Of a stretch of DNA of 64,000 nucleotides, positions 42,222 to 57,027 are shown one piece after another. The notes under the pieces are model-generated. The model was not told the DNA's origin. It worked only from the letters and a program-made list of their open reading frames with translations, and made no database searches. The position numbers and the translations under genes were made by a program. This stretch comes from Octopus vulgaris. Its lineage: Eukaryota. The stretch spans positions 18,104,001 to 18,168,000 of the forward strand of contig OX597819.1 in assembly GCA_951406725.2 (NCBI GenBank), given 5' to 3'. The first letter of the stretch is position 1, and each line of letters begins with the position of its first letter.

Positions 42222-42561
42222 TGTATGTATATATATATGTATATATATATATATATATATAGCTATGTATGTATTATGTATGTATATGTATATATATATA
42301 TATAGCTATGTATGTATTATGTGTGTATACATGTATGCATATATATATAGACATATATATGTGTATATATATAGATATGCATGTGTATATATATGTATAT
42401 ATGTGCATGCATATATAAGTATTGGTATTTATATATGCATATATACACACACACATACCTATTGTATAGATATCCAACTTTTTACATACTTCTCTCTGCA
42501 TATCTAATATATATACGTATATATAATTCCTCGAAACCTCTATCTGTCCTATTATCTACCA

Positions 42562-42601
<40 letters not shown>

Positions 42602-42608
42602 TCACACA

Positions 42609-42896
42609 CACATATTCACGCTCACACGCGGACTTCCTTAGACTCCCTAATCATGCCATTATTGGACCGGAAGCTTAACAGCGGTCCTTCCGTTATACTT
42701 ACATAGCTCTACTTTGCCTTTTCAGTCGTCTGGATACCGAAACATCTCAAATATAATATGAGACGCTTTGGTATCCAGACGACCGAAAAGGCAAATATAG
42801 CTGTATTAGTATTACGGAAGGACCATTGTTAAGCTCAGGTTCAATAATAGCATGATTAGGGAGTCTAAGGAGTTCGGATGTGAGCGTGAATATGTG
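42609..42896. mobile_element. 288-bp foldback/palindromic MITE-like element
   Basis: Arms of ~140 bp are imperfect reverse complements (CACATATTCACGCTCACA...TGTGAGCGTGAATATGTG; GTCGTCTGGATACC / GGTATCCAGACGAC) around a few-nt loop near 42752. Confidence 0.85.
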
Positions 42897-43109
42897 AAAT
42901 AAAACATCATAAGAAAGCCGAGGCAATTTGATATTCCTAGGACATTGATAAATAGAAAAGCGGTCTTACAGCTGTTTCAAAGAAAATAAATGATACTAAG
43001 TGAATGTGTAAACTTCTAGCATTTAATATTCAACATTGAATGTTATTTCCTTTGCACACACCCACACACGTTAAACAATCATATATGCTTATATATATAC
43101 TTAAGTCAA

Positions 43110-44020
43110 GACGGGGTGGTATCAATGTTAAAAGCGCGGAAGTATTACGATCTCTTGAACATTAAATGATGAGGAATCAGCTGCGAGTCTTCCACGTATT
43201 ATTGCTTTGTCAGTTTTTCTGTTTCTTATGTTTGGATGGATTTTTCGTTTGTTGTGTTCTTTTCATCTCTTCCTTGAAATATAATTCATGTAACGCAACG
43301 CACTGCTAATATTTCTTAACTTAATTATAAAAATATTCTTTGAATATATGTTGTGTGACATCTAAGAACACCCATTTCTTTGCGTCTCTTTTACATTTTT
43401 TCTTCTCTCTCAATCTTTCTCTCTTTCCCTCTTTCTTACTGTCCTCCGTTTCTTCAGTCACTCCGCCTTCCACAACTCTCCCTCTCTCCTCCCACTACCA
43501 CGTGACCGGTGTCGACCTAAGGCGGCGTCGTTCGTTTTAGTCTTGCCTTAGACCAGATCGGTCACGCTTGTCTGAAATATTTGCTGCAGCCTTCTTAGGC
43601 CTACTGTCACTTGATACATTTTCCATTCCACTCTTCGGTTACCCACAGTCGCCTGTTTGACGGCCGTAGGGCCTATTCTCTAGTCTATGAATAATTATTT
43701 TTATTTTCGTATGCGTACAATTGTTATAATATCATAGTTTGTCGTATTTGCTTTAGTCCTTGTCTTATATATTCGTTAGCTATCTTCGGTGGGTTTCTGC
43801 TCTGGCGTTGCCGAGACGGAGTGGTATCAAATTTAAAAGCGCGAAGCCATTATGATCTCTTGAACATTGATGTGGAATCAGATGTGAATTTTCGATCTGC
43901 TATGATTTTGTCAAATTTTTCTTATGCTATGATTTTGTTTAAAGCTTCTGTTGGTTGTATGCTTTTTATTTAATCCTTTAAATATTATTCATGTAATCCA
44001 AGACACTCCCTATACTTCCT
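43110..44020 (+). repeat. Diverged ~200-bp direct repeats (43110-43310, 43815-44010) around a hairpin-rich core
   Basis: GACGG.GTGGTATCAA..T.AAAAGCGCG.AAG..ATTA.GATCTCTTGAACATT ... ATTCATGTAA..CAA..CACT in both copies. Confidence 0.65.
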
Positions 44021-44076
44021 TACCTATAAGTATATGTATATGTATATATGTATATGTATATGTATATATAGGGAGA

Positions 44077-44123
<47 letters not shown>

Positions 44124-44189
44124 GTAGTATTATATACCATGTATATGTTTGTTTGTGTGTATGTGTGTTTTTGTGTGTGTGTAGACAAC

Positions 44190-44690
44190 AAACAGATGTA
44201 TTAGTTAACGCTCGGGTAATGAAAAGTCTTTAACATTTTCGTGCCTACTCTCTTGACAGACAGAGATACAGAAAAAAAACAAGGAGAGAAAAGAAAGGAT
44301 GTGTAGTGGCTAGCGATTTATCATGGCGAATGCCGGACAGAAGGGTCACACAGGAGAGCTAGGAAGAAGGGGAGATAATAATGTAGTGGTGACCCAAAAT
44401 GAAGGTGCGCGTGCGTGTGTATAAGAGAGTATGTATGTGCGTGTGGAAGAGGGCTGTTGACCTTGACGTGTGCGTTTGTGTATGTGTAGGTGTGTATATA
44501 ATGGGGTGGCGCTGGGAAGCGGTGAATCCTAATGTGTGCGTGGTGGTGTGATGTGATGTGTTTTGTGGTATGGTGGTGTATGGTGTAGTGGTGTGTGGTG
44601 TGGTGTAACGGTGTTAGGAGGTGAGGCAGGCGATATGGGGAGAGCAAGGGTGGGGTGTAGGTTAGGCTGTTTCTATATTAACGGCTGTAA
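44190..44690 (-). mobile_element. Probable Penelope-like 3'/pseudo-LTR fragment with decayed HHR
   Basis: Minus strand CTGTCAAGAGAGTAGGCACGAAAATGTTAAAGAC (44226-44262) resembles a mutated CTGANGA-hairpin-GAAACGTT motif. Confidence 0.4.
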
Positions 44691-44980
44691 AAACTGAAAG
44701 ATGCGGCATGCCTACAAAGTGCTTTCTCTATGTATTTTCAAAATACTTTCTCCTACAACGATTTTCAAACGTGTTTCAAATATAATTGTATTTTCTTTAC
44801 TGGAAAAAAAGAACCAACTTATAATACATCATATTACATATTTCTCTTTTCGGCAATACTTGTTTTATATTGTTTGGGTTTTTGCAAGACTCATACCAAA
44901 GTGATTTCAGCTAAGTTCGCGCAAGAATCACTGTCGATTAAATTCAGTATTGCTATTCTTTGGACCACTCACCATCGTTA

Positions 44981-45202
44981 TTCTTTTATTCTTTTATTCC
45001 TTTACTTGTTTCAGTCATTTGACTGCGGCCATGCTGGAGCACCGCCTTTAGTCGAGCAAATCGACCCCGGGACTTATTCTTTGTAAGCCTAGTACTTATT
45101 CTATCGGTCACTTTTGTCTAACCGCTAAGTTACGGGGACTTAAACGCACCATCATCGGTTGTAACACGATGGTGGTGGGGGCCAAACACAGACACAAACA
45201 AG

Positions 45203-45234
<32 letters not shown>

Positions 45235-45242
45235 CATACATA

Positions 45243-45288
<46 letters not shown>

Positions 45289-45445
45289 GACGAGCTTCTT
45301 TCACTTTCCGTCTACCCAATCCACTCACAATGCTTTAGTCGGCCCGAGTCTATAGTGACTTGCCCAAGGTACCACGCATTGGGACTGAACCCGGAACCAA
45401 GTAGTTGGTAAAGAAGCTACTTACCACACTGCCACTCTTGTGCCT
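44981..45445 (-). mobile_element. tRNA-derived SINE (same family as 17012-17426)
   Basis: Colinear homology with 17012-17426, including the internal CA/TA microsatellite. Confidence 0.85.
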
Positions 45446-45803
45446 ATGGGTCCTAACTTTTAACGTTTGGTAAGCATAACATATACGTGGATATGTATTG
45501 AAACTGAACTCTTTCCTCCCTCTTCGGTCATTCATATTAAAACTGACGTGTAAAGTCATCAAAGACTTCCGAAATACGATATCGACTAAAGGGGTTCGCA
45601 ACCCCTGCGTTCACTCGGGTGGTAGTTGAGGGAATTTGAGCACAGAATTTTCACAGTTTTACATCCGTGGACAATACGACAAACTTACGCAAAGTATTCA
45701 GAAACGCATTCACTCAGATTTTATCATCAGTACCCGTAGATCTGAACGCCAACTTTGTATTTTGTCCCCTATGTGTTCAGCCCTGTGTGGCCATTAAAGA
45801 AAC

Positions 45804-45882
<79 letters not shown>

Positions 45883-46104
45883 GTATGTATGTCTGTCTGT
45901 CTCTCGTTGCGCCAGTGTATTTGCGTGTAAGTGTGTGTGTGTGTGTGTGTGTTTATGTGTGTATGTTTATGTGTGTGGATGTGTGTTTATAAATAATCTC
46001 CAAACGTTCTCAGTGTCATTTTTTGCGGATTTACACCTGTCTATCGTTCAATGATTCTTCCCCCACTTTACATTTCTCCATTTCCCTTTGTATATAAGAA
46101 TGTA

Positions 46105-46165
<61 letters not shown>

Positions 46166-46838
46166 CATTGGTATACATTACATCCAGAGACACAGATACA
46201 TATTTCACATATACATAAGTGTCTATTTTTATATTTTTATATTCATCACCGCTTATATGTGGAAATTGCTGGGGTGTGTATCTACATTCGTGCAATATAA
46301 TAGCTCTTTCTCTCCGAGCCAACCCCGGGACATATTTCCGAGCTACAGAACAAAATAGAAATTCGCCTACATAGCCAACAGCTTGAAACATTCCAATGGA
46401 ATATCTTAGTTCCAAAATACAACTTTCTGTGATATTTCACCGTTCCTTAATTGTGTTAGAACTCTGCTTCCAGTATAATTTATCTGACTACGTTTTCTTT
46501 CTCGGCTTCTTTTACCAAAGATCTTTTTTCTAGATAAAGTTGAAGGTGAAAACTGTCAGCTGCTGTTTGGCAATATGTAACACTTAAGCTGTGTAGAACT
46601 GTGTATAAATATATTAATAAAAGAATATATGTAAATATAATATAGTATGTATATAACACGAGAAAGTACATATGTATATATAAATACCTAGAGGCACGAA
46701 TAAACATGTACACTGACATATATTCCGCCACATCGTATATACAGACGCACACGCACGCATACACACGGACAAATGCACGCGCCACACACATACACACACA
46801 CTCACATATATAAATACATATATGTGTGTATGTGGCTA

Positions 46839-46873
<35 letters not shown>

Positions 46874-47437
46874 TTATATATATATACATATATATATATA
46901 TATACATACAAACATATATACATACAAACATATATATATATATATACAGGCATATATACATATATATATATATATGTATGTATATATATATATGTATATA
47001 TATCTATCTATCCTTATATATATATATATATATATATATATCGAAGTTGAGCCGAGGGTGGTTTTCACAACACAGAGTATGACACATCCAACCATCGGCG
47101 CTACTTCGTATTCACTTGTATCCATTTATCCTTCCATCCATTAATCCTTTCTTTGTATCTATCGTTTCCTGGTTTTATTTTCCGAGTTTGTCACCAATAG
47201 AGGAATATTTTGTTTCTAGCCTGAATATAAAGCTCATTCACGTGAGTTCCGACAGCATAAACAAGGTAGACGTGATGCATGTATGTATGTATGCACATAC
47301 CCATAGACACACATGCATACACACACAAACGCACAAATGCATACTTACATGAACGCACACACACACGCAAACACACACATACACGAACATTCATAAAGGT
47401 TTGGTGATCTTAAAAGAAAAAAATACCGAAAATATGA

Positions 47438-47517
<80 letters not shown>

Positions 47518-47920
47518 TGATATATTGTTATTTATACTCGGCAGAATTTTCAGATAGGTCTACAGAAAGGAATAAAGGAAAGTAAACAAAATGGTGGAGA
47601 TTCTACTCTCGATGATAGCAGATAAGAAGATTTGACGATAGGAAGTAGACGTGTCAGACAACTCCTACACATGAAACAGCAGCCGTAGAAAATAAGGGCG
47701 GTAATATGAAATGCCACAACCTAGGGGAAATAAAACGGAGGAGAGGGCAGAAAGAAGGGTACAGCTTCACATTGAGGTTCAATCATTTCTGCTGCCTGCG
47801 TAGCTGAAACGTGTTCAAATAGAAGTAAATGTAAACACTGACACAAGAAACGAGAGTTTCGTAAATTAGTACCATATCAAAGAAATACCAAAGAAATATC
47901 GAAGAGATATTCACATATAT

Positions 47921-48308
47921 GGATGGAAGCACTCCGTCGGTTATGACGACGAGGGTTCCGGTTGATCCGAATCAACGGAACAGCCTGCTCGTGAAATTAG
48001 CGTGTAAGTGGCTGAGCACTCCATAGACACGTGTACCCTTAACGTAGTTCTCGGGGATATTTAGCGTGACACAGAGGGTGACAAGGCCGGCCCTTTGAAA
48101 TACAGGTACAACCGAAACAGGAAGTAAGAGTGAGAGAAAGTTGTGGTGAAAGAGTACAACAGGGATCACCACCATCCCCTGCCGGAGCCTCGTGGAGCTT
48201 TAGGTGTTTTCGCTCAATAAACACTCACAACGCCCGGTCTGGGAATCGAAACCGCGATCCTATGACCGCGAGTCCGCTGCCCTAACCACTGGGCCATTGC
48301 GCCTCCAC
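47921..48308 (-). mobile_element. Full-length tRNA-derived SINE with 12-bp TSD
   Basis: Head GTGGAGGCGCAATGGCCCAGTGGTTAGGGC...GGTTTCGATTCCC; TSD ATTCACATATAT at 47909-47920 and 48309-48320. Confidence 0.9.
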
Positions 48309-48499
48309 ATTCACATATATATCACCCTCAATACACATATTCTCCTTGGAGCTTTATTCAATTTTCCCTTGAGAGATTTCAAACCTGTTGCTAACAAAGC
48401 GACAGAAGAGCTTTAGTTAAGAGGTTCCCGGTGTTTGTAAATGTAAAGTTGATCTGTTGTGTTGGTTGAATTGTCGATGCATACACCCAAATGTGTGTC

Positions 48500-48990
48500 T
48501 CTAATCTAGAGATTCTCAGGTGGTGAATCTTTGGAATCTCTTACAAATCTTATTTTTCCACTAATAAATTGGATTTGGAGAATCTGCTTTGTTTTCTTTT
48601 ACACTTTCTTAGAAAAATCTTAGTATTCATAGGTTCTTCTGTGAATCTTTTGGTATATCAAAAAATGTAAGCTTTATGATAGGTGCAAACGAGAATTCAT
48701 AGCTAGAGTACAAGTGCTGTGAGCTCCGCATTAAATCGGCATAAATATTGTCTTTTTCTTGGACATTTCATTGTACATTCACATCCGCCGGACTGTTGGA
48801 TTCTACAGGTGTGCTTGTCTTTGATTCCCTGCTTCACAGCACAATATGAAGTCCGTTATGCTTGCAACGAAATGCTTCTTCTTCCAGGTGTGTTTCATCA
48901 ATATTTCTTGTTTATAAAGGCATATCAGAACCTACTCGTTCTGACATACATTTGATGTACGTCGGAGCAGTCCTTCATACGGATAGCATT
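48500..48990 (-). mobile_element. Decayed RLE-type LINE 3' remnant
   Basis: Minus-strand YADLMRSSQHLYSSYEFSFAPII and LQIQFISGKI parallel the peptide at 61830-62020. Confidence 0.55.
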
Positions 48991-49789
48991 GTAAATTGTC
49001 TACGCTACTATATCCTGCAACGGCTCCCCCAGTAATTCATAACAACACTTACCTATCGTACCTAATCGTTTAGATCAGCAGTGATCTAAACCACCATACT
49101 TCGTAGACATGTAGATATATATAGATATATATATATACTTGTTATGCAATTGTCCTTTGATGTCTCCGCTCCATCTTTGCCTTATCATCTGCGTCTGCTA
49201 GTTGTACATGTATCGTAACATCATGGGTTGCCGATTACGTATGGAAACATATGTAACAATTACAATAAAGAATTGCCAAGTTATGCCCACGTAAATATAT
49301 GCATACACACACGCGCGTGCGCGGTGCACGCACACACACACATATCAAATAATAATGACTAGACGCAATATACAACCAAAGAGGAAAATTTGAATTGTCG
49401 CTAATAGTCATTGAGGATTATAGCTACAAACAGCATATGTCTATGCACTGACAGGGGACGTAACCACCACACAGCGATATATAAGTGTGTGTGTGTGTGA
49501 AAGAGTGCGCCTGAGCGGCTTCAATGACCGCTTGGTAACCACTAACCCACTAGAAGGTTTCTTATTTGTCGGAGCGTTGGTATCTTGAGTGGAAACCGAC
49601 TCTCCGCACTCTTAGATGGCGATTTGGGACGAGCTGCGGTACGGAAGGCAAGAGATTTTTGAAAAATCTGATTAACTAATTCAGTGAAATGAAAAGCTAT
49701 CGGCAGATTTGTTCATAAACGTATTAATTATGTGTGAATGTCTTTTATTTACATAAGGCATACAAAAAAAAAAAAACACTCTTCATTTT

Positions 49790-50640
49790 CACAGATTCAA
49801 CATTGGTAACAGTAAACCACTGGAAACAATCGACGTGCATTTTGAAGCTATGAGGCAAGGGAAACAACTGCAGTATTTTACGGCTTGTGTGCTCGTCATA
49901 AACTGTCTGAGTGAACATGGATGCAACGATTTTCCTTTAAACAAATGAGTAGTTTTCTTTATTTTAAAAGAAGCTGTGTTTTCTTGAATTCTCCAAGAGA
50001 GTCTCCAAGCTGTGTAAGGATCCACATCACTCAATTTATCTCTTGATCATTAGTCATGTAGACTAACGTCACACGTCCAGCATTCATGTTTAATCTGTCA
50101 CTCAATTTCGTGACCGTGCATTACTGCCCTACAACGTTGCACGCTGCACAATGAATGTTTACTGACGCCGTAACGAATTCCATCTATCGTTTATTTTAAC
50201 CACATCACATTCCGTCTCTTCACATCCACAACTGATGTCACCACCTACGTCACAAGCGCTGACAACTAATTCAGTCGGGAATTCCGAGAACTGAAGAGAA
50301 GTTTTCCCTGACTTTCCGAAAGTTAATAACTTCTGTACATCTGCAGCTTATTTGGCTCTGTTGGCGTTCATACGAGTATGCAAGTTTTTGTGCTTGCACG
50401 TACTTTTCATTATGTATACCGAATGGAATTCCTGCCTCGACATTTTCTGCACATCGAGCACTGCAACTTCCCTGAGGGCAGTTGATATTCCTGTCTTGTT
50501 TTTTGCTTAATAAAACTATTTTCTTCATTATGTCGTGGAGTGTCTTTATTCTAACTTTCTTGTTTATCCAACGTATCCAGTGTATATATACATAACGTTT
50601 TACAGTCAGTATTAAAATACCATTTACGTAACTTAACAAA
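49790..50640 (-). mobile_element. Possible very old DNA-transposase remnant (MULE-like)
   Basis: Weak motif resemblance only (RYVYT.., CSARC, THLFKG..). Confidence 0.25.
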
Positions 50641-51401
50641 AATTAGAATAAAATTAACAAAAACTACAAAAAAATGAATTAACTAACTTTAAAAATCTTT
50701 TCTGGATTAGCATTAATTGAAGCATTTTTCAACAGAAAGAAATCAAATTCAAGAAAGGATTAATTAAAACGTTTCTTAATGCAATATCCACAAGTCACTG
50801 CGGTCTGAATTACGTGAATCATGAAGTTTTATAAAAGATCACGCAAGCTGTTTTCAAGGAATTCATCCTTTCAATGTGCTTTTCTGTTTCGCTTTACAGC
50901 AAGTATACGTATACATTTCACTATATACCTATGGAAGGATGCTTAACATTTGGAACAAGTCTAAATGCTCACATTTGCAAATTTAGAGACCAATATTACA
51001 TTAATGTATGTTGCTATGATAATAAAATAGGTAAATATAAATTTATAAATCTTTCTTATAGAATTTGAAGAAAATAAAGAATAATCCTCGTTCACTTAGT
51101 ACAAAATAAAGTTGCAATAGTTTATGAATTTGACTGTTTCAATCCAAAAGCTAGAAGCCCCTCAACAATATTTGAAATGAAAAACAATTGTGATCCATAT
51201 AAGTTCTCGTTCTTGGTTTAATAGATCTAAGATTGGTATTCTGAACGTAATCCAACTCCACACTCCTTCGGAAATCGAATTCTATGTAAAGTACATTAAG
51301 CAAATATCGGACATGGATTTTGCAATGACGTATTAAGGTGTATATTTGTGCTATTTAGTTTGATGACACCAGCATTATCACGATCATCACATCCTCATCG
51401 T

Positions 51402-51560
<159 letters not shown>

Positions 51561-52214
51561 GTGTGCAGCCCTGTGTGGCTAATAAAGAAACATATCTATC
51601 TATCTATCTATATATATATATCAATGTGTGTCACTTTCTGTCTGTCTTTGTCTTCCTGCCTCCCCTCTCTCTCTCTCTCTCATTCCCCTATTCTAGGGTG
51701 AGAGAGGGAGATGAAAACGGAGTAAATTATAAGAAGGAGACTGATGAAGGAAGTAGAGTTTGATGTAACAAAAAAATATTGCCACTATATCATATCATTA
51801 CTCTGCTGCCTGAATTATTTTGCCTATTTCAGTCCGTTTATGTTCTCATGTTCCAATTATCTTCATTCCCTCATACAAGAGACAAGTAAAGAAAGTGGGA
51901 GAAGGGGAGGGTTACGAAATATTATGAAACTATCACATTTCGGTTTCCTTCGTCTACATCTCACTCTTTGACCGACAACAGCAGGGTGTGCTTTGAGGAA
52001 GAATTCAATGATCATTTTCGAAACAAATATCATAGTACACATCTCCGCTTCTTGATGGCGCTTGATAAATAAAATGGAATTGTGAGGGAGTGATTTGAGG
52101 TTTCTAAGTGTAAAGCGGACATGTAGACACATTATATAGCGAAGCAAGCCTACATACACATGCAAATATACATGTATATACTTATGTATTTACACACATA
52201 CATACATGGATGTA

Positions 52215-52264
<50 letters not shown>

Positions 52265-52630
52265 GAAGGAGATAGAGTTAAATGCTTACGTAATTATTTG
52301 AGTGAATTTAACCTTCTAGAATTGCAGACATTTATAATGCTGCACGGAATAAGCTCTACAATTTAGAAATTTGCAAAGCTTCTATTAATTCTAAAATGGA
52401 ACAAAATTGAAGATAACGTGTGTTCTGTATTCGGTCTTATTTTCCAGCATATTGTCAAAGGAAAAAAAGAAAGTCATAATTCTGTCAATACATAGACAAT
52501 GAACTTTTTATGAAATCAAAAATTCCCACCACCACCACCACCACCACCACCACACATTTTTCGCTGTCAACCTCGCTGTCTGCGTGTCTGCACGTCTGAT
52601 TGTCTGTCCGTGTTTCTGCCTGAACGCCAG

Positions 52631-52713
<83 letters not shown>

Positions 52714-52718
52714 GTCTG

Positions 52719-52770
<52 letters not shown>

Positions 52771-52782
52771 CCTGTCTGTCAG

Positions 52783-52825
<43 letters not shown>

Positions 52826-52830
52826 GTCTG

Positions 52831-52897
<67 letters not shown>

Positions 52898-52902
52898 GTC
52901 TG

Positions 52903-52981
<79 letters not shown>

Positions 52982-52986
52982 GTCTG

Positions 52987-53041
<55 letters not shown>

Positions 53042-53046
53042 GTCTG

Positions 53047-53121
<75 letters not shown>

Positions 53122-53126
53122 GTCTG

Positions 53127-53200
<74 letters not shown>
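52631..53200. repeat. (TCTA)n microsatellite with periodic TCTG interruptions
   Basis: Direct reading. Confidence 0.95.
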
Positions 53201-54157
53201 GTTCTTCCGATATATATATATATTATTACGTATTTACGTGTCTGTTATCTCCATCTATGTCTGTATACATACCAATCGCCTCTCTCCCTCTTCTCTCTCG
53301 CTCCCTCTCCTCCTCTCTATCTCTCTCTATATATGTGTATGTATATATGTATATATATGTATACATATAAAATTATGTATATGTATATGTATAAATATAT
53401 ATACATACTTGTATATATATATATATATATGTACATATAGGTACACACACATGCATGTATATGCATAAACATTATCGTCTGCAGTGTGTATACAAACCTG
53501 AATATATATGTACACATGCATACACACACACACACACACTGACGCACTCACTTCATACATACATACCCCTCCCCACACATATATATCGGTGTACCTCTGC
53601 AAATATACATAAAAAAAATCATACTCACAGATATCGTACACATACATCATGCATAAAACACTTTTGACGGAGTAGAAGCTTTGTTATTTTCTTAAAGCCA
53701 ACCCCGAGACAAGCAAAGAGACATTAAAGTAAACAGAGATTTTCTGATATACAGATAGATTTATCTCGTTAAAAATGATAGCTCTAATGTTCAGAAAATA
53801 TCTACGGCTCTCTCTCTCTCTCTTGCTCTCTCTCTCTCTTGCTCTCTCTCTCTCTAGATATATTTTTGAGTGTCTCTCTGCCTATGTATGTGTATGTGAA
53901 TGCATACGTGTGTATGAGTACGTGTGTGTATATGTGTGCTTGCGCATAGATGAATGGGTGTTTAGGGGTATGTGTGTGTGAATGCAAAAATGTGTGTGTA
54001 TATTTTGTTTACAAGCTTCATGATATGATTTTTTTACATGAATAACCTATTGTGAACATATTTTGAATGCATTTCGCCATGTACATACGTACATGCTAGT
54101 TTCTGCTTGCATAATATATCGTAGTTACCTACGTCAATATATATGTATGAAAGATTC

Positions 54158-54214
<57 letters not shown>

Positions 54215-54389
54215 ATATATATGTATATATATATACATATATATGTATATATATATATATAGAGAGAGAGAGTGATAGAGAAAGAATGGAAGAAGGGGGG
54301 GGGGCGGAGAGACAGAGAGATAGCAAGATAGGTAAGTTTAATTGATAGTAATCTATGTATGTACACACACATATATACATATATTCATT

Positions 54390-54438
<49 letters not shown>

Positions 54439-54484
54439 GTATATATATACATGTATATACGCACGCACTAGATATATATATACC

Positions 54485-54531
<47 letters not shown>

Positions 54532-55652
54532 GTATACACACACACACACCTGTGTACGTACGTTGTTAGTTATCTGATTTTGTGCGCACTTATACATGAC
54601 GTAAGGTTTATAGTACAATGCTTTGTCGTTTGTTTACAGAAGCATTTCAAAACCACACATTTTTCGGTTCAAATAATCGATGCCTACATTCATACCGAGT
54701 ATACATCGCTATTAGCAGTAAAATATAGTTAATCTGGTAGAACTAACAACGACGACATTTACCATACCGGCGACAACCTCAACAATTATTTTAATTAAAC
54801 CAACCAGGACGATGTTGATGATGATGATAGTGATGATGAGGAGAAAGAAAGAGAGAAACGACCAGTGGCAGCGACACAAATTCAACAATGAGGAGAACGA
54901 CGTTGATGTTATTGACGAGGTTTAGAAATGGCTTCTATATAGTTATAGAAATGAAATTAGAACCTGAAGGTCGACAGATCAAACCAGGCAAGGTAAAAGT
55001 ATTTCAGGTTAAACTTGAAAGTTGATCTTAACTATCTTTGAATGTTATACTGCATAACATTTACATCAAGCACTATCCATTAGCTGTAATGTACAATATA
55101 CGATTTGTGAATGAGGCGATCATTAGCAAGCAATTTTTTTGATATATTGAGTCAGTGGAAATTAAATCGTATATGGTTTCTACCAACTGAAACGTGTTTG
55201 AATCATCGCCAGTATGAATCTTCCTCGAATTTCAATGTTTTAATGTGTAGCGATGTAACTGATTGTGGCATCGTAGGTTGATGTAAAAATCGGCCCCCAA
55301 AAAGAAAAACAAAAATATATATATATATATATATATATTTAGTCCAAAATCAGCTGTTCGAATACAGAACTCGAAAGAATTAAAACAATATTAACGGAAG
55401 CATTTAAGAGGGATTCTTGAAGAAAAATTATAATAATAAAGTTATGATGGCAGCATTGTGAAACAGATGCTTGGTGAATGAGCGTGAATGGATAGGTTGA
55501 AAATGACTGCATTTAGGAAAAAGCATCTAGCGCAGAAAAATATCAGATCTGCCTTGAATAGATGCATACATACATGTATTTATATATATATATATATACA
55601 TACATATCTATATATATACATGCATACACACACACATATACGCTATATATAT

Positions 55653-56014
55653 GGATGGAAGCACTTCATCGGTTACGATGATGAGGGTTCCGGTTGATCC
55701 GAATCAACGAAACAGCCTGCTCGTGAAATTAACGTGTAAGTGGCTGAGCACTCCACAGACATGTGCACCCGTAACGTAGTTCTCGTGGACATTCAGTGTG
55801 ACACAGAGAGTGACAAGGTACAACAGAAACAGGAAGTAAGAGAAAGTTGTGGTGAAAGAGTACAGCAGGGAACACCACCACCTCCTGCCGGAGCCTCATG
55901 GAGCTTTAGGTGTTTTCGCTCAATAAACACTCACAACGCCCGGTTTGGGAATCGAAACCGCGATCCTCCGACCGCGAGTTCGCTGCCCTAACCACTGGGC
56001 CATTGCGCCTCCAC
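55653..56014 (-). mobile_element. tRNA-derived SINE (same family as 47921-48308), small internal deletions
   Basis: Colinear homology with 47921-48308. Confidence 0.9.
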
Positions 56015-56749
56015 TTTAAAAAAAGCACCACATAGATATAATGAATATTTGGAATTTTGGAAAAAATGTAATTAACGATACCGACTCCGCCAAGACAGAA
56101 CATATTTTTAGGAATTGATGCAATGACTCGATTCATAAGACTTCATGCTATAGTTTTGAATAAGCTTCTGTACGCGAAAATTTTGAATAAGAAACGAACG
56201 ACAATGAGTAAATAAATACCATGAATGCTTACGAAATTAAAGAAAGAGACTCTATTCTTAGATGAGACAATCCATGTGTAGAATGAAACGAAGACTAGTC
56301 GACCGGATGACGTCAAAAGCATGACTCCTACTCTTTTCAATATTAAACATGACGATAATCTAACGCTGAAAATATAATAAAAATGATTTAATATTAAGAA
56401 AAAAAATTGCGGGATAAATTATGTTAATCATACTCTACTTTCTCTCTGATGTATAATAATTGAGGCATGTTTTTCACGTTGTTTTAATTCACGTGAATAC
56501 AAATTCGTAGCACCAGAATACATTGAGGCATGAACGCTGGCAGAAATATCTCACGGAGAAGAGGAACAGCTCATCCATACATACAGATGCATACGCGTAC
56601 ATTTATACATGTACTAAATATCCATGTACTATATACATATATGTATATATATACATATTTGTACATACATGCATACACGTATATATATACATGTTTCAGC
56701 ATATTCGTATATAAGTATATATATATATATGTATACATATATATTTATT

Positions 56750-56813
<64 letters not shown>

Positions 56814-56815
<2 letters not shown>

Positions 56816-57027
56816 TAAGTGGCGACTGGGAACGTAAATTTTCCCTCCAAAATTCTGCCATGCGCGCTTTCTGGGTAATCGTAATGGAATGAGGAATCCA
56901 CATGGTAATTCAATAAAATGGTAAATAATTTTCCTGTGGTTTATCATGTAACCAACAATTATTTACCGGTAAATTTCGGTATGTAAATACGACAAATTAA
57001 TTGTCACGTTCCCAGTCGCCACTTAGT
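56814..57027. mobile_element. MITE with 22-bp perfect TIRs
   Basis: ACTAAGTGGCGACTGGGAACGT ... ACGTTCCCAGTCGCCACTTAGT. Confidence 0.85.

Noticed and set aside
45730-45780. ACCCGTAGATCTGAAC resembling miR-100/miR-10
   Set aside because: The 3' part diverges, no good precursor hairpin forms, and the downstream sequence is a retroposon tail.
48225-48308. tRNA-like sequences (also ~990-1065, 24185-24259, 55940-56014)
   Set aside because: These are SINE heads attached to SINE bodies; no complete cloverleaf acceptor stem.
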